A stretch of 55,260 bases of DNA, from the NCBI GenBank assembly GCA_964444595.1, contig CAYUHP010000001.1, positions 1 through 55,260 on the forward strand. The letters are read 5' to 3'. This document shows positions 20,005 to 32,480 of this stretch, piece by piece (positions within the stretch are counted from its first letter, which is position 1; each line of letters starts with the position of its first letter). The stretch comes from an uncultured Sphaerochaeta sp. (GTDB lineage: Bacteria > Spirochaetota > Spirochaetia > Sphaerochaetales > Sphaerochaetaceae). The position numbers and the translations under genes are program-made. The notes beneath the pieces were generated by a model. The model ran no database searches. It saw nothing but the letters and a program-made list of their open reading frames with translations, and was not told where the DNA came from.

Positions 20005-20077
20005 GCCCTTGTAGCTCAGTCGGCAGAGCGCAACCATGGTAAGGTTGAGGTCAACGGTTCGATTCCGTTCGGGGGCT
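20005..20077 (+). tRNA. tRNA-Thr (GGT)
   Basis: Cloverleaf; anticodon arm CAACC-atGGTaa-GGTTG; GTTCGATTC T-loop; CCA not encoded. Confidence 0.95.
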
Positions 20078-20122
20078 CTTTTTTCATCACTACAAGTGGA
20101 TGGATCTGACGAGGAGCAGAGT

Positions 20123-20299
20123 ATGGCTAAGGATAAAAAAGGTCCTGTTGAGAAGATTGCTCTCCAGTGCACCGAATGCAAACGGAGAAACTACACCACC
20201 GAGAAAAATCGGCGGAATCTCCCGAACAAATTAGAGTTTAGTAAATATTGTCCGCATGATCGCAAGCACACGCTGCATCGCGAGACAAAGATTAAATAG
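20123..20299 (+). CDS. rpmG: 50S ribosomal protein L33
   Basis: [25 protein letters not shown]; SD GAGGAG. Confidence 0.96.
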   Translation: MAKDKKGPVEKIALQCTECKRRNYTTEKNRRNLPNKLEFSKYCPHDRKHTLHRETKIK

Positions 20300-20322
20300 G
20301 ATATTGCGATCGAGAAGCTAAT

Positions 20323-20396
20323 AGGCCAATAGCTCCAATTGGTAGAGCGCCGGTCTCCAAAACCGGATGTTGAGGGTTCGAATCCTTCTTGGCCTG
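20323..20396 (+). tRNA. tRNA-Trp (CCA)
   Basis: Cloverleaf; CCGGT-ctCCAaa-ACCGG anticodon arm; usual position before secE. Confidence 0.96.
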
Positions 20397-20434
20397 TTCG
20401 CTTCTCGATCCTTTGAATACAAGGAGCCTGTTCG

Positions 20435-20614
20435 ATGAAGAAAATCATCAAGTATTTTAAGGAATCATATCTCGAACTGAAGAAGGTCGTTTGGCCCTCT
20501 CGGGAAGCGGTGGTTTCTTCGACCAAGGTTGTCCTCGTTTCCACGATCCTTGTCGCCGTATTCCTCGGTTTGGTAGATTTCCTTCTCTTGAGGGGAATTC
20601 TCTTTATCTTATAG
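20435..20614 (+). CDS. secE: Preprotein translocase subunit SecE (missing from ORF track)
   Basis: Own translation gives 59 aa: MKKIIKYFKESYLELKKVVWPSR plus one TM; SD AAGGAG. Confidence 0.93.
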   Translation: MKKIIKYFKESYLELKKVVWPSREAVVSSTKVVLVSTILVAVFLGLVDFLLLRGILFIL

Positions 20615-20622
20615 GATTAAGC

Positions 20623-21183
20623 ATGGCAAAAGGCTGGTATGTAGTACAAACCTATTCCGGGTATGAGCAAAAGATTGAACGCATCATCAACAAGATGCGC
20701 GAGACCGATACGGACTTCGCCCTCGTGTGCACCGATGTAAAGGTGCCGATGGAGACCGTTGTTGAGGTCAAAGACGGGCAAAAGCGCGAAGTAAAGCGCA
20801 AACTGCTGCCCGGGTACATCCTTGTTCAGCTCGAGTTACCAGAGCATAGCTGGAAAACGTGGGTCACGCAGATTCGCCGAATCCAGGGTGTATCGGGTTT
20901 TGTTACTCCGACCGATCGTGCTAAACCCCAACCCCTTTCGAGTGCCGAAGAGAAGAGTCTCTTTCAGAAGACCGGTGATCTTCCCGCCGAAAAGGTATTC
21001 AAACCAAAACAGACGTTCGCAGTTGGCGAACAGGTCAAGATTGTCGATGGGCCCTTCGAATCCTTTACCGGAACCATCGAAGAGGTCAACCTCGAGAAAG
21101 CGCGCATGCGCGTCTCGGTGGGCATCTTTGGCCGATCCACTCCAGTTGAAGTGGACTTTTTACAAGTAGAAAAGATTCTGTAA
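20623..21183 (+). CDS. nusG: Transcription termination/antitermination factor NusG
   Basis: WYVVQTYSGYE, LLPGYIL, KOW DGPF..FTG, IFGRSTPVE. Confidence 0.96.
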   Translation: MAKGWYVVQTYSGYEQKIERIINKMRETDTDFALVCTDVKVPMETVVEVKDGQKREVKRKLLPGYILVQLELPEHSWKTWVTQIRRIQGVSGFVTPTDRAKPQPLSSAEEKSLFQKTGDLPAEKVFKPKQTFAVGEQVKIVDGPFESFTGTIEEVNLEKARMRVSVGIFGRSTPVEVDFLQVEKIL

Positions 21184-21264
21184 GACCCGTGGACGGGGTG
21201 TTACTCGAGAGTTTTCTGATTTTTATAAGCGGTCCATGTAAAAGTGCAAACTCCCTCATTACGA

Positions 21265-21297
21265 GGTGGGAGCCTGTCGTTGACAGGCGTTAATACC
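21265..21297 (+). promoter_or_regulatory. Putative L1-binding autoregulatory site in the rplK leader
   Basis: GGT-GGGA-GCCTGTC-gtt-GACAGGC-GTTAAT-ACC resembles the enterobacterial L11-operon L1 operator. Confidence 0.7.
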
Positions 21298-21342
21298 AGC
21301 ACAAGACGCCATTTTGGTGAGCTTGTGTAAGGAGAAAGGAAC

Positions 21343-21774
21343 ATGGCAAAGAAAAAGGTGTCTGCAATTATTAAATTGCAGTGCCCTGCCCAGAAGGCCA
21401 CTCCCGCGCCCCCAATCGGACCGGCGCTCGGGCCCCACGGTGTCAGTGCCCCTCAGTTTGTCCAGGAGTTCAACGATAAGACGAAGAACTACGAACCTGG
21501 GCTTATTCTACCCGTTGTCATTACCGTGTATGCCGATAAGAGCTTCAGTTTTATCCTGAAGACTCCTCCCGCTGCTGTCTTAATCAAGAAAGCATTGGGA
21601 ATCGGGCTTGGAAGCGGTACCCCCAACAAGACCAAAGTCGGTAAATTGACGAAAGATCAATTGGCGGAGATCGCCAAGACCAAGATGCCAGACTTGAATG
21701 CGAACGACTTGGACGCAGCGATGAAGATCGTAGCGGGAACTGCTCGCAGCATGGGTGTGGAGGTTGAGAAGTAA
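21343..21774 (+). CDS. rplK: 50S ribosomal protein L11
   Basis: [12 protein letters not shown]; GTARSMG. Confidence 0.97.
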   Translation: MAKKKVSAIIKLQCPAQKATPAPPIGPALGPHGVSAPQFVQEFNDKTKNYEPGLILPVVITVYADKSFSFILKTPPAAVLIKKALGIGLGSGTPNKTKVGKLTKDQLAEIAKTKMPDLNANDLDAAMKIVAGTARSMGVEVEK

Positions 21775-22457
21775 TGAAACACGGAAAGAAGTATCGCGAG
21801 TCGGCCGAGAAGGTCGATCGATCGAAGTTTTATCCCCTCACTGAAGCAACCGCTCTCGTAAAAGAGACTGCGTTTGCCAAGTTTGACGAAACCGTTGAAG
21901 TACACATCAAGCTCACGCTTAAGAAGAGTCAGAGTGTTCGAGACACCGTAGTACTGCCCAACCAGTTCAGTGCTCAGAAGCGAGTTCTTGTCTTTGCAAA
22001 AGGCGAGAAAGCGGATGAAGCCCGAGCCGCGGGAGCAACCTACGTCGGGGATGATGAGTTAATTGAGCAGATCCGAAAGGGCTGGATGGATTTTGATGTT
22101 GCAGTAGCAACCCCGGATATGATGAAGGACGTTGGTCGACTTGGACCGATCCTTGGTCGCCGAGGCTTGATGCCCAACCCCAAAACCCAAACCGTAACCA
22201 ATGACATTACCGGAGCTCTTGCCGAGCTGATGAAGGGTCGAGTCGAATTCCGTTCTGATAAGAGCGGAGTCGTTCACTTGGCAGTCGGTAAAGTTTCAAT
22301 GGATACCGCTCTTATTCAAGAGAACGCTCTTGAAGTCGTGAAAGAAGTTATCCGCAAGAAGCCGGCGGACGCAAAAGGCGATTACCTCGTCAGCGTCACC
22401 CTCGCTTCGACGATGGGTCCTGGGGTTCGCGTAGATGTGCGCGACTTCTCACTCTAA
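21774..22457 (+). CDS. rplA: 50S ribosomal protein L1
   Basis: KFDETVE; ILGRRGLMPNPK; STMGPG. Confidence 0.97.
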   Translation: MKHGKKYRESAEKVDRSKFYPLTEATALVKETAFAKFDETVEVHIKLTLKKSQSVRDTVVLPNQFSAQKRVLVFAKGEKADEARAAGATYVGDDELIEQIRKGWMDFDVAVATPDMMKDVGRLGPILGRRGLMPNPKTQTVTNDITGALAELMKGRVEFRSDKSGVVHLAVGKVSMDTALIQENALEVVKEVIRKKPADAKGDYLVSVTLASTMGPGVRVDVRDFSL

Positions 22458-22469
22458 GGAGGAATGAAG

Positions 22470-23000
22470 ATGGATTACAAAACCCGAGTTACCCCCGCTA
22501 AGGAAGAGGCTGTCCAGGCTTTGATGGATGAATTCAAAGAGTACAATGGCTTTATCTTCGCTGATTATCGCGGGATGACCGTTGCACAGATTACAAAGCT
22601 CCGCAAAAACCTTCGCGAGAAGGATGCTGCGTTCCGCGTTGTAAAGAACCGTTTTGCTAAGATCGCGTTGTCCAACTTGGACAAGGAGAGCGACGAGCAC
22701 TTAATGGGCCCAACGGCGATCGCCCTTGCAAAGGGTGATGAGGCCAACCTTGTTGCCAAGGACCTCTTCAATCTCGCTCGTGATGGTGCTCCGATTAAAG
22801 TAAAAGGTGCCCTCATCGATGGTGCCCGCTTTGACGCAGCTCAGATCGAGGCGCTCAGTAAGTTGCCGACTCGGCTCGAACTGATCTCTTCGTTAATGGG
22901 CACGATGAAAGCACCGGTTCAGAAGTTGGCAGCTACGTTGCTTGCCTATGTAAAAGAGAAGGGTGGCGACGCCGTTGGCGCAGCCTCAGAAGAACAATAA
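22470..23000 (+). CDS. rplJ: 50S ribosomal protein L10
   Basis: DYRGMTV, VVKN, GPTA, LSKLP; ATG 22470 has the better SD spacing. Confidence 0.95.
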   Translation: MDYKTRVTPAKEEAVQALMDEFKEYNGFIFADYRGMTVAQITKLRKNLREKDAAFRVVKNRFAKIALSNLDKESDEHLMGPTAIALAKGDEANLVAKDLFNLARDGAPIKVKGALIDGARFDAAQIEALSKLPTRLELISSLMGTMKAPVQKLAATLLAYVKEKGGDAVGAASEEQ

Positions 23001-23065
23001 CACAGTCTTAGTCTTCACTCAGTACCTGCTACGACTGTGAAAGACAATCTTAAGGAGAAGATAAT

Positions 23066-23455
23066 ATGGCTACTATTAAAAAAGAAGACATTTTGGAAGC
23101 AGTTGCGAACATGACCGTAATGGAAGTCGCTGAACTGATCGAGATGATGGAAGAGAAGTTTGGTGTTCAGGCAGCAGCCGCTGTTGCAGCCGGCCCTGCA
23201 GGCGGTGGCGAAGCCGCAGCAGTCGAAGAGCCGACCGAATTTAACGTCGTCCTCAAAGCAGCCGATCCTTCCAAGAAGATCGCAGCAATTAAGGAAGTCC
23301 GTGCTATCACCGGTCTTGGTCTTAAAGAGGCTAAGGACGTTGTTGAAGCCGGCAACGCTACCGTTAAGGAGAGCGTGAGCAAGGCTGATGCCGATGCACT
23401 GAAGGAAAAGCTCGAAGCTGCCGGATGTACCGTCGATATCGTCCCCGTCGACTAA
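23066..23455 (+). CDS. rplL: 50S ribosomal protein L7/L12
   Basis: EEKFGV, Ala-rich hinge, GLGLKEAK. Confidence 0.97.
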   Translation: MATIKKEDILEAVANMTVMEVAELIEMMEEKFGVQAAAAVAAGPAGGGEAAAVEEPTEFNVVLKAADPSKKIAAIKEVRAITGLGLKEAKDVVEAGNATVKESVSKADADALKEKLEAAGCTVDIVPVD

Positions 23456-23602
23456 GGAAAGAATCCTTGAGAACAATTCGCGAGATCTGCGAAATGTTGA
23501 ATTCTCAACGCCACCGGTATTCCCCGGTGGCATGTTGTGTCCTCATCTCCCCTCATGCAGGGGATTTGAGTCGCTTGTTCATTTGACTTTGGAGGGTACA
23601 CA

Positions 23603-26600
23603 ATGGTTGCCAACGGCAAGTCCATAACTCGCACCTACATCGGTACAGAATCACACGAAGTGTGCGAACTGCCCAATCTCATTGGGGTCCAGCTTGAATC
23701 CTATGAGCGGTTTTTACAACTGAATACGATTCGTAAAGGGTTACAACCTGATTCGTCATTCGGTCTAGAGGATGTGTTTCAATCCACATTCCCAATCGAC
23801 AGCCCCAACGGGGAGATGCGCTTAACGTATCGTGGCTACACAATCGACTATGACAACGTGAAGTTCACCGAAACGGAGTGCAAAAAGAAGGGCCGCTCCT
23901 ACAGCGTTCCCATCAAAGTTACGATCAGCCTTGAATTTGCTACCGGAGAGATGCGCGAAAAGGAGATCTTCTTTGGCGATATCCCCCTGATGACCGACCG
24001 CGGAACCTTTATTATCAACGGTGCCGAACGGGTTGTCGTCAGCCAAATTCACCGTTCCCCCGGTGTTATCTTCAGCCACGATAAGGATGTTTACTCATCC
24101 CGCATTATCCCATATCGCGGATCCTGGTTGGAGTTTGAAATTGATGAAAAGAAGTCGTTGATCCACGCAAAAATCGACCGAAAGAAGAAGATTCTCGGAA
24201 CCTTACTGCTTCGGGCGATCGGCTACGACAGCCGCGAGAAGATCATCGATGCATTTTATAAGAACGAACTCGTTGACTTACTTGACGATCCGGAGATGAA
24301 AGCAACGTTGGAAAACCGCTACCTCGCCCGGGACGTCTATGCCTCAATTGAAGGCGAAGAGAAGAAAGTCCTTCGAGCCGGAGATCTCCTTCACGCCCAC
24401 GAAATTGATGAGGCGTTCAAACTCGGTGTTAAGCAACTTCATCTCGTTGACTTAAAAGGTGAGGGCTCACTCCACAGCGAGATCATCCTCAACTGTTTTG
24501 AGATTGAAGATGCAAAGTATACCCGGGAAGGCTTTGACGAGCCGACGAAGGAAGATGTCCTCAGTCCGATCTTCAGTGTGTTGATGCCCGGTGAGATGAT
24601 CGCAATCGAGCGGGCCGAAAAAGACCTGCCCGATATGTTCTTCTCCTCCCGCCGTTACGACCTCGGATCGGTTGGCCGGTACAAGTTTAATAAAAAGTTT
24701 GGCGAGGACTTGGAAGATGATGACGCCCTCATTGATGAGTTGACCGTCCTTACCCCCCAAGACATTATCAACACAATGACCTACCTGATTAAGGTATATA
24801 TCCACGAAGCAAACGTCGATGATATCGACCACCTCGGTAACCGCCGAGTGCGAAGTGTCGGTGAGCTGCTTCAGAACGCCCTGCGCGGTGCATTCGCTCG
24901 AATGGAGCGCATCGCCAAGGAGCGGATGAACCTCGAGACCGGCTCGGTCAAACCTCAGGACTTGATCTCGATCAAGCCGATTGTCGCTGCGATCAAGGAG
25001 TTCTTCGGTTCCTCCCAGCTCTCACAGTTCATGGACCAGGTTAACCCCCTTGCGGAGTTGACCCACAAGAGACGGCTCAACGCATTGGGCCCCGGTGGTC
25101 TTTCCCGTGATCGCGCCGGCTTTGAAGTTCGAGACGTTCACTACACACACTACGGAAGGATCTGCCCGATTGAGACCCCCGAAGGTCCGAATATCGGCCT
25201 GATCGTTTCGCTGGCAAACTATACTCGGATCAACCGCCACGGTTTCTTGGAAACTCCCTACCGAAGGGTTATTGACGGCAAGGTAACCGATCAATATCGC
25301 TTCCTTGATGCGAACGACGAAGAGAAGTTCTTTATCGCCCAGGCAAGTGCTCCCTTTGATGAGACGGGCACCTTCCTCGATAAAGAGGTTCCGGTTCGCC
25401 ACAGCGGAGATTACTCCACTCGAGCTCCCGAAGAGATCAAGTACATGGATATCTCACCGAAGCAGGTAATCAGTGTTGCTGCTTCCTTGATTCCGTTCTT
25501 GGAACACGACGATGCGAACCGAGCTTTGATGGGCTCGAACATGCAGCGCCAAGCGGTTCCCTTGGTGTTCCCTGAGACTCCCCGAGTCGGAACGGGAATG
25601 GAAGGCAAGACCGCCTACGACTCCGGTGTTCTGGTAAAGGCGCACCGCAGTGGTACGGTCAGCTACGTCTCCAGCGACAAGGTTATCATCACCCCAACTT
25701 CTTCGGAGATCGAAGGTGAAGTTGATGTGTATGAGATCCAGAAGTTTGAACGAACCAACCAAGACACGTGCTTCAACCAAAAACCGATCGTCGAAGTCGG
25801 TCAGAGTATTGAAGAGGGTCAGGTAATCGCTGATGGACCGGCTACCCAAAACGGCGAGCTTGCCCTGGGGCGTAACATCCTCGTTGGCTTTGTTCCGTGG
25901 CATGGCTACAACTATGAGGACGCAGTCTTAATCAGTGAACGAGTCGTCAAAGACGATATCTTCACCAGTGTCCATATTAAAGAATTCACGACCGATATTC
26001 GGGAAACGAAGCTCGGACCGGAGAAACTTACCCGAGATATTCCCAATACAAGTGAGAAGATGCTCGAGCAACTCGATGCTGACGGAATCGTCCGCATTGG
26101 GGCGAAGGTTCGCCCCGGTTCAATCCTTGTCGGAAAAGTCACGCCCAAGAGCGAGAGTGATACGACTCCGGAGTTTAAGCTACTGAACTCGATCTTTGGT
26201 GAGAAAGCGAAAGAGGTTCGAGATACCTCCTTGAAAGTTCCCCACGGAACCGAGGGAACGATCATCGACATTCAGCGCCTCAAGCGCTCCAATAACGATG
26301 AGCTTCCCCCCGGAGTAGAGGAGACCGTCAAGGTCCTGATCGCCACGAAGCGCAAGCTGCGCCAAGGCGATAAGATGGCCGGTCGACACGGAAACAAGGG
26401 TGTTGTATCCCGGATTCTTCCTGAAGAGGATATGCCCTTCATGGAGGACGGAACTCCCCTCGATGTATGTTTGAACCCCCTCGGCGTTCCCTCGCGAATG
26501 AATATCGGACAGTTGATGGAAACCCAGCTCGGATGGGCAGCAGTTGCCCTCGATCGGTGGTATTCCACCCCGGTGTTCCAAAGTGCGACGATCGAGCAGC

Positions 26601-27112
26601 TCGAAGAGAAGATGAGAGAAGCAGGCCTTCCCGAGGATTCTAAAACGATCCTCTATGATGGACAGAGTGGTGTTCCCTTTGTGAACCCCGTCTTCTGCGG
26701 ATACATCTACTACTTGAAGTTGCACCACCTTGTCGATGATAAGATGCACGCCCGGTCCACCGGTCCGTACTCCTTGGTAACGCAGCAACCACTCGGCGGT
26801 AAAGCCCAGTTTGGTGGTCAGCGCCTTGGAGAGATGGAAGTATGGGCTCTTGAGGCGTACGGCGCGGCCAATACGCTCCAGGAGTTGCTCACCATTAAGA
26901 GCGACGATATGAACGGACGGGTGAAGATCTATGAATCGATCGTCAAAGGTGAGCCGGCAACCACTGCCGGAATGCCCGAAGCATTCAACGTATTGGTTCA
27001 GGAGATTCGAGGCCTTGCCTTGGATATGTCGGTCTACGATGCCCATGGTAACTTGGTGCCGCTTACCGAGCGAGATGAAGAGTTGCTTTCGAAGCAAGGC
27101 TCGGCGAACTAA
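23603..27112 (+). CDS. rpoB: RNA polymerase beta subunit
   Basis: [38 protein letters not shown]. Confidence 0.98.
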   Translation: MVANGKSITRTYIGTESHEVCELPNLIGVQLESYERFLQLNTIRKGLQPDSSFGLEDVFQSTFPIDSPNGEMRLTYRGYTIDYDNVKFTETECKKKGRSYSVPIKVTISLEFATGEMREKEIFFGDIPLMTDRGTFIINGAERVVVSQIHRSPGVIFSHDKDVYSSRIIPYRGSWLEFEIDEKKSLIHAKIDRKKKILGTLLLRAIGYDSREKIIDAFYKNELVDLLDDPEMKATLENRYLARDVYASIEGEEKKVLRAGDLLHAHEIDEAFKLGVKQLHLVDLKGEGSLHSEIILNCFEIEDAKYTREGFDEPTKEDVLSPIFSVLMPGEMIAIERAEKDLPDMFFSSRRYDLGSVGRYKFNKKFGEDLEDDDALIDELTVLTPQDIINTMTYLIKVYIHEANVDDIDHLGNRRVRSVGELLQNALRGAFARMERIAKERMNLETGSVKPQDLISIKPIVAAIKEFFGSSQLSQFMDQVNPLAELTHKRRLNALGPGGLSRDRAGFEVRDVHYTHYGRICPIETPEGPNIGLIVSLANYTRINRHGFLETPYRRVIDGKVTDQYRFLDANDEEKFFIAQASAPFDETGTFLDKEVPVRHSGDYSTRAPEEIKYMDISPKQVISVAASLIPFLEHDDANRALMGSNMQRQAVPLVFPETPRVGTGMEGKTAYDSGVLVKAHRSGTVSYVSSDKVIITPTSSEIEGEVDVYEIQKFERTNQDTCFNQKPIVEVGQSIEEGQVIADGPATQNGELALGRNILVGFVPWHGYNYEDAVLISERVVKDDIFTSVHIKEFTTDIRETKLGPEKLTRDIPNTSEKMLEQLDADGIVRIGAKVRPGSILVGKVTPKSESDTTPEFKLLNSIFGEKAKEVRDTSLKVPHGTEGTIIDIQRLKRSNNDELPPGVEETVKVLIATKRKLRQGDKMAGRHGNKGVVSRILPEEDMPFMEDGTPLDVCLNPLGVPSRMNIGQLMETQLGWAAVALDRWYSTPVFQSATIEQLEEKMREAGLPEDSKTILYDGQSGVPFVNPVFCGYIYYLKLHHLVDDKMHARSTGPYSLVTQQPLGGKAQFGGQRLGEMEVWALEAYGAANTLQELLTIKSDDMNGRVKIYESIVKGEPATTAGMPEAFNVLVQEIRGLALDMSVYDAHGNLVPLTERDEELLSKQGSAN

Positions 27113-27123
27113 GGAGAAGAGTG

Positions 27124-30100
27124 ATGAGAGAGATACAAGAGTTCGATTCCATCATGATCAAGCTCGCCTCCCCGGAGCAGATCAGAAGCTGGTCGTACGG
27201 TGAGGTAAAGAAGCCTGAAACAATTAACTATCGCACCTTAAGACCGGAGCGTGATGGTCTCTTCTGCGAGCGGATCTTCGGAACTACGAAGGAGTGGGAG
27301 TGCCACTGCGGAAAGTTCAAGTCGATCCGATATAAGGGTGTTATCTGTGACCGCTGTAACGTTGAGGTCACCAACACGAAAGTTCGACGCGAGCGCATGG
27401 GGCACATCAGCCTCGCCGCTCCGGTAAGTCATATCTGGTACTATCGCTCCGTTCCTTCGCGGATGAGCATGCTGCTGGATATCACCCGAAACTCCCTGCA
27501 GTCGATTCTGTACTATGAAAAATATGTTGTCATCAACAGCGGCGATACGACCTTAAAGCCCAAGCAACTGCTCACCGAAGAGGAGTACTGGGATGCCCGT
27601 GATCAGTTCGGCGATTCCTTTGAAGCCGGAATGGGAGCGGAAGCGGTCGAAAAGCTGCTTAAGAACCTCAACTTGGAGGAGCTTAGCCGCGAACTGCGCG
27701 AGCAGATGCGCCAAAAGGCGGATAAAGCGGACAAGCGCCTCTTGAAGCGAATCGAGGTGTGTGAGAACTTCCGCGACAGCGGAAACCGCCCGGAGTGGAT
27801 GATCCTCACCGTGATTCCCGTTATTCCGCCGGATCTCCGACCGATGGTTCAGCTCGACGGCGGTCGCTTTGCCACCAGTGACTTAAACGACCTCTATCGA
27901 AGGGTGATCAACCGAAACAACCGCCTCGATCGGTTAGTGAAGCTCAATGCTCCGGATATCATCATCCGAAACGAGAAACGAATGCTTCAAGAAGCAGTCG
28001 ATGCTCTCTTTGATAACTCCAAGCGAAAGCGAGTTGTCAAAGGCGCGTCCAACCGACCGCTTAAGAGTTTGTCGGATATGCTCAAAGGAAAGCAGGGCCG
28101 TTTCCGTCAGAACCTGCTCGGTAAGCGCGTTGACTACTCCGGCCGTTCGGTTATCGTTGTCGGACCGGAGTTGAGGATGCACCAGTGCGGACTTCCTTCA
28201 AAGATGGCGCTCGAGTTGTACAAGCCGTTTATCATGAAGAAGCTTGTCCAAGACGGGGTTGTCTACAACATCAAGAAAGCGAAGAGCTTGGTCGAAGAAG
28301 AGACCGATGCAGTCTGGGCAATCTTGGATGAAGTTGTTAAAGAACACCCGGTGTTGCTCAACCGTGCTCCCACGCTTCACCGCCTCGGTATTCAGGCGTT
28401 TGACCCCGTTCTTGTGGATGGAAAAGCGATTAAGCTGCACCCACTGGTGTGTCACGCCTACAACGCCGACTTTGACGGTGACCAAATGGCGGTTCACGTA
28501 CCACTGACCCACGCCGCTCAAATGGAGAGCTGGACGCTGATGCTCAGTGTTACCAACCTCTTGGACCCGGCAAACGGTAAGCCGATTGTGTACCCCTCCC
28601 AGGATATGGTTCTCGGAATTAACTACCTCACTCGGGAGCTCGAAGGAGCACCCGGTGAAAATAAATACTACGACTCAATCGGCGAGATTGAGAATGCGAT
28701 CGACAGCGGTCTGCTTTCGCACAACGCGAAGATCCGTTACCGGCTCGCCGACGGCGAGAAGGTTATCACGACCCCCGGTCGAGTGATCTTTAACTCCGTT
28801 CTTCCCGCAAGTGTTCCCTTCCAAAACATGAACCTCGGGGACAAGGAGTTGAGAACGCTGATCGGAGATACGTTGAAAGCGAACAAGAACTCGATCGCCG
28901 TTGAGATGCTCGATGCGATCAAGGATATCGGCTACAAGTACGCAACGCTCTTTGGGGCAACGATCGGTCTTGGTGACATGCTCGTTCCTCAGGCAAAGGA
29001 AGCGTTGATGGAAAAAGCTAGCTTAGAGCAACAGCGAATCATGGAGCAGTATCGCCAAGGTCACATCACCCAAGAGGAGCGGTACAACCGCGTCATCGAG
29101 GTGTGGACGCAGACCAACGATCAGCTCACCAATGAGTTGATGGATGAGTTAAGAAAAGACCAGCAGGGCTTTAACCCCCTCTTCCTCATGGCCGACAGTG
29201 GTGCTCGAGGATCCAAAACGCAGATCCGCCAGCTCGGTGGTATGCGTGGCTTGATGGCTCGCCCCAGCGGTGACGTTATCGAGTTCCCGATTAAGTCGAA
29301 CTTTAAGGAAGGCTTGTCGATCATTGAATTCTTCATCTCGACCAACGGAGCTCGTAAGGGTCTCTCCGATACCGCGTTGAAGACCGCTGAAGCGGGCTAC
29401 CTGACGCGCCGTTTGGTTGATATCAGCCAGGATGTCGTGGTCAATGAAGAAGATTGTAATACGATCAACGGAATCTGGCGTGGGGCGATTAAGGACGGTG
29501 ATGAGATCGTCGAATCCCTAAGCGAGCGAATCGTCGGGCGAGTTCCCGTCGAGGATATCCTTCACCCCTTCAGCCGCGAGGTTCTCGCCAAGGCAAACGT
29601 TGAGATCAATGAAGAGGTCGCCCTCACGATCGAGGAATCGGGCCTTGAGAGCGTGCTGCTGAGAACCGTCCTTACCTGTGAGGCGAAGCACGGGGTGTGT
29701 GCCAAGTGTTATGGCCGCAACCTTGCGACCAACCGCCCGGTAGTAATCGGTGAAGCTGTCGGCATCATCGCCGCTCAGTCGATCGGTCAGCCGGGAACCC
29801 AGTTGACGATGAGAACGTTCCACGTCGGTGGAACCGCCTCGACGAGCGCTGAGGAGAACAAGCTTACCTTTAACTACCCCGTTATCATCGGAACGATCAG
29901 TGGATCGAGAGTTGAGCGAGAGAGTGATAAGGTCAGTGTGTTTACCCGAAAGGGAACGATCGAATACTTCCGAGTCAATGCGATCATTGAAGAGGGAAGC
30001 TACGACACCCTCCTTGTTGAGGATGGTTCCGTCGTTGCCAAGGGAACGCCGATCTATACAAAGAAGAACAAGAACGTCCTCTCCAAGGAGAACGGGTCGG

Positions 30101-31401
30101 TTCGAATCGACAATGGTCGAGTGTACTTGGTCGGACACCCCACACCTCATACCGTGAAGGCGGGCAGTGAGTTGCTCGTTGATACGGGCCAGTTCGTTGA
30201 AGCAAAGGGCGCAATCGTCTCCTTTGACCCGTTCAGTGAGCCGATTCTCGCCGAAGAGGGCGGATACGCCACCTTCGTTGATATTAAACTGGGAACCACC
30301 TTGATCGAAGAGGTCAATGAAGAGACCGGTAATATTGAGAAGAAGATCACCGAACACAGTCTGGAGTCACTGCAACCGCGGATTGAGATCACCAGCGAGA
30401 AGAAGGGCAAGGGCGACACGCTCGCCGTCTACCTCCTTCCCGGCGGATCGTACATCCACATCGCCGAAAACGCAAAGATTACCAAGGGTATGATCTTGGC
30501 TAAGCTCCTTAAAGAGGGGATCAAGACCAAGGATATCACCGGTGGTCTTCCCCGAGTTGGTGAGCTCTTTGAAGCAAGAAGGCCCCGCAACGCCGCAATC
30601 CTGGCGAAAGTCAGTGGCTTGGTAAGCTTTGGCAATATTGTTAAAGGTAAGCGGACGATCACCGTTACCGATCCGTACGGACATGACTTTAAGCACATGG
30701 TTCCCATGGGCCGAAACCTCCTTGTTCGAGACGGCGACAGTGTCGAAGCCGCTGAAGCGTTGTGTGATGGTCAGACCGACCCCCACGATATCTTGGATAT
30801 CCTCGGTGAAAACGCCTTGCAATCATTCTTAGTGGATGAGGTTCAGGAAGTGTACCGAATGCAGGGAGTTCACATTAACGATAAACACCTTGGTGTCATC
30901 GTCCGTCAAATGCTCCGTAAAGTTGAGATCGCCCACGTCGGTGATACGAACTTGATCCACGGTCAGCAAGTTGATAAGTTCCGGTTCTTCGAAGAGAACG
31001 ATCGGGTTATCGCCGAAGGTGGTGAGCCGGCTGTTGCCCGCCCGCTGCTCTTGGGTATCACCCGCGCGTCGCTGTCGATCGACTCCTTTATCTCCGCGGC
31101 TTCCTTCCAGGAAACAACCAAAGTCTTGACAAATGCTGCTATTGCTGGTAGTAAAGATGAGTTGCGCGGATTGAAGGAAAACGTCATTATCGGTCAGCTG
31201 ATCCCAGCCGGGACCGGAATGCGCAAATATCGGGACGTAAAACTTCAGGATGAAGAGCTCTTGGCCCTGCAGCAGAAAGTTGATGCGGTCAAGGAGTCTC
31301 GCCGCCAAGAGATGATCGAGGGCGATGAACTCGATCTGGAAGATGAGGTTATGAGATCCGTAGGTGACTATGGTGACGAATACGGGGATGACGAAGAGTA
31401 A
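27124..31401 (+). CDS. rpoC: RNA polymerase beta' subunit
   Basis: NADFDGD active site; Zn ribbon; [10 protein letters not shown] trigger loop. Confidence 0.98.
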   Translation: MREIQEFDSIMIKLASPEQIRSWSYGEVKKPETINYRTLRPERDGLFCERIFGTTKEWECHCGKFKSIRYKGVICDRCNVEVTNTKVRRERMGHISLAAPVSHIWYYRSVPSRMSMLLDITRNSLQSILYYEKYVVINSGDTTLKPKQLLTEEEYWDARDQFGDSFEAGMGAEAVEKLLKNLNLEELSRELREQMRQKADKADKRLLKRIEVCENFRDSGNRPEWMILTVIPVIPPDLRPMVQLDGGRFATSDLNDLYRRVINRNNRLDRLVKLNAPDIIIRNEKRMLQEAVDALFDNSKRKRVVKGASNRPLKSLSDMLKGKQGRFRQNLLGKRVDYSGRSVIVVGPELRMHQCGLPSKMALELYKPFIMKKLVQDGVVYNIKKAKSLVEEETDAVWAILDEVVKEHPVLLNRAPTLHRLGIQAFDPVLVDGKAIKLHPLVCHAYNADFDGDQMAVHVPLTHAAQMESWTLMLSVTNLLDPANGKPIVYPSQDMVLGINYLTRELEGAPGENKYYDSIGEIENAIDSGLLSHNAKIRYRLADGEKVITTPGRVIFNSVLPASVPFQNMNLGDKELRTLIGDTLKANKNSIAVEMLDAIKDIGYKYATLFGATIGLGDMLVPQAKEALMEKASLEQQRIMEQYRQGHITQEERYNRVIEVWTQTNDQLTNELMDELRKDQQGFNPLFLMADSGARGSKTQIRQLGGMRGLMARPSGDVIEFPIKSNFKEGLSIIEFFISTNGARKGLSDTALKTAEAGYLTRRLVDISQDVVVNEEDCNTINGIWRGAIKDGDEIVESLSERIVGRVPVEDILHPFSREVLAKANVEINEEVALTIEESGLESVLLRTVLTCEAKHGVCAKCYGRNLATNRPVVIGEAVGIIAAQSIGQPGTQLTMRTFHVGGTASTSAEENKLTFNYPVIIGTISGSRVERESDKVSVFTRKGTIEYFRVNAIIEEGSYDTLLVEDGSVVAKGTPIYTKKNKNVLSKENGSVRIDNGRVYLVGHPTPHTVKAGSELLVDTGQFVEAKGAIVSFDPFSEPILAEEGGYATFVDIKLGTTLIEEVNEETGNIEKKITEHSLESLQPRIEITSEKKGKGDTLAVYLLPGGSYIHIAENAKITKGMILAKLLKEGIKTKDITGGLPRVGELFEARRPRNAAILAKVSGLVSFGNIVKGKRTITVTDPYGHDFKHMVPMGRNLLVRDGDSVEAAEALCDGQTDPHDILDILGENALQSFLVDEVQEVYRMQGVHINDKHLGVIVRQMLRKVEIAHVGDTNLIHGQQVDKFRFFEENDRVIAEGGEPAVARPLLLGITRASLSIDSFISAASFQETTKVLTNAAIAGSKDELRGLKENVIIGQLIPAGTGMRKYRDVKLQDEELLALQQKVDAVKESRRQEMIEGDELDLEDEVMRSVGDYGDEYGDDEE

Positions 31402-31540
31402 GTTTCGTCATATGCCGGAAAACGTCGCAGGTTACATGCTGATGCGGATAGAAATATGAAGTGTCGCCCGTTGGGCGGCACAGACCCCTGTTAAGTGAGA
31501 AACAGCGGGTCAGATAATGTAAAGGGAGTGTATCGAAACG

Positions 31541-31915
31541 ATGCCTACTATTAATCAGCTGGTACGAAAGGGCCGGAAACGGATCGTCCACAAGACGAAA
31601 TCCCCAGCCCTTGAAGGTTGTCCCCAAAAGCGTGGTGTTTGCACCAGGGTGATGACTGTTACCCCAAAGAAACCAAACTCTGCATTGAGAAAGGTCGCCC
31701 GTGTGCGTCTTTCCAATGGAATTGAAGTCACAGCCTACATCCCCGGTATCGGGCACAACCTCCAGGAGCACTCAGTTGTTCTGCTTCGAGGCGGAAGGGT
31801 CAAGGACCTTCCCGGTGTTCGTTATCACATCGTTCGTGGTGCGAAGGATACCCTCGGTGTTAATGATCGTCGCCGCAGCCGCTCCAAGTACGGAACGAAG
31901 AAGCCAAAGGCGTAA
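31541..31915 (+). CDS. rpsL: 30S ribosomal protein S12
   Basis: [10 protein letters not shown]; RVKDLPGV. Confidence 0.98.
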   Translation: MPTINQLVRKGRKRIVHKTKSPALEGCPQKRGVCTRVMTVTPKKPNSALRKVARVRLSNGIEVTAYIPGIGHNLQEHSVVLLRGGRVKDLPGVRYHIVRGAKDTLGVNDRRRSRSKYGTKKPKA

Positions 31916-31923
31916 GGGAGTAG

Positions 31924-32397
<474 letters not shown>

Positions 32398-32406
32398 AAG
32401 AGATAC

Positions 32407-32434
32407 GCCGGCCTCACATGAGGTCGGCTTATTT
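32407..32434 (+). terminator. Terminator after rpsG
   Basis: GCCGGCCTCA-ca-TGAGGTCGGC followed by TTATTT. Confidence 0.7.
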
Positions 32435-32445
32435 GCCTCAATCGC

Positions 32446-32474
32446 TTGACATAAAAAACCCTTTCGCATATATT
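32446..32474 (+). promoter_or_regulatory. sigma70 promoter upstream of the tuf leader
   Basis: TTGACA-17 bp-TATATT. Confidence 0.75.
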
Positions 32475-32480
32475 GCTTGA

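Noticed and set aside
20491-20622. Long N-terminal extensions in the ORF track (NusG; likewise ArgF, L33, TetR, XRE, GerMN)
   Set aside because: They overlap secE, tRNA or promoter sequence; downstream ATGs have SD or leaderless signals and match family starts
26180-27097. 305-aa antisense ORF in rpoB, and similar ones in rpoC, tuf, rplB, rplD and clpB
   Set aside because: Shadow frames caused by codon bias in conserved genes; no recognisable motifs
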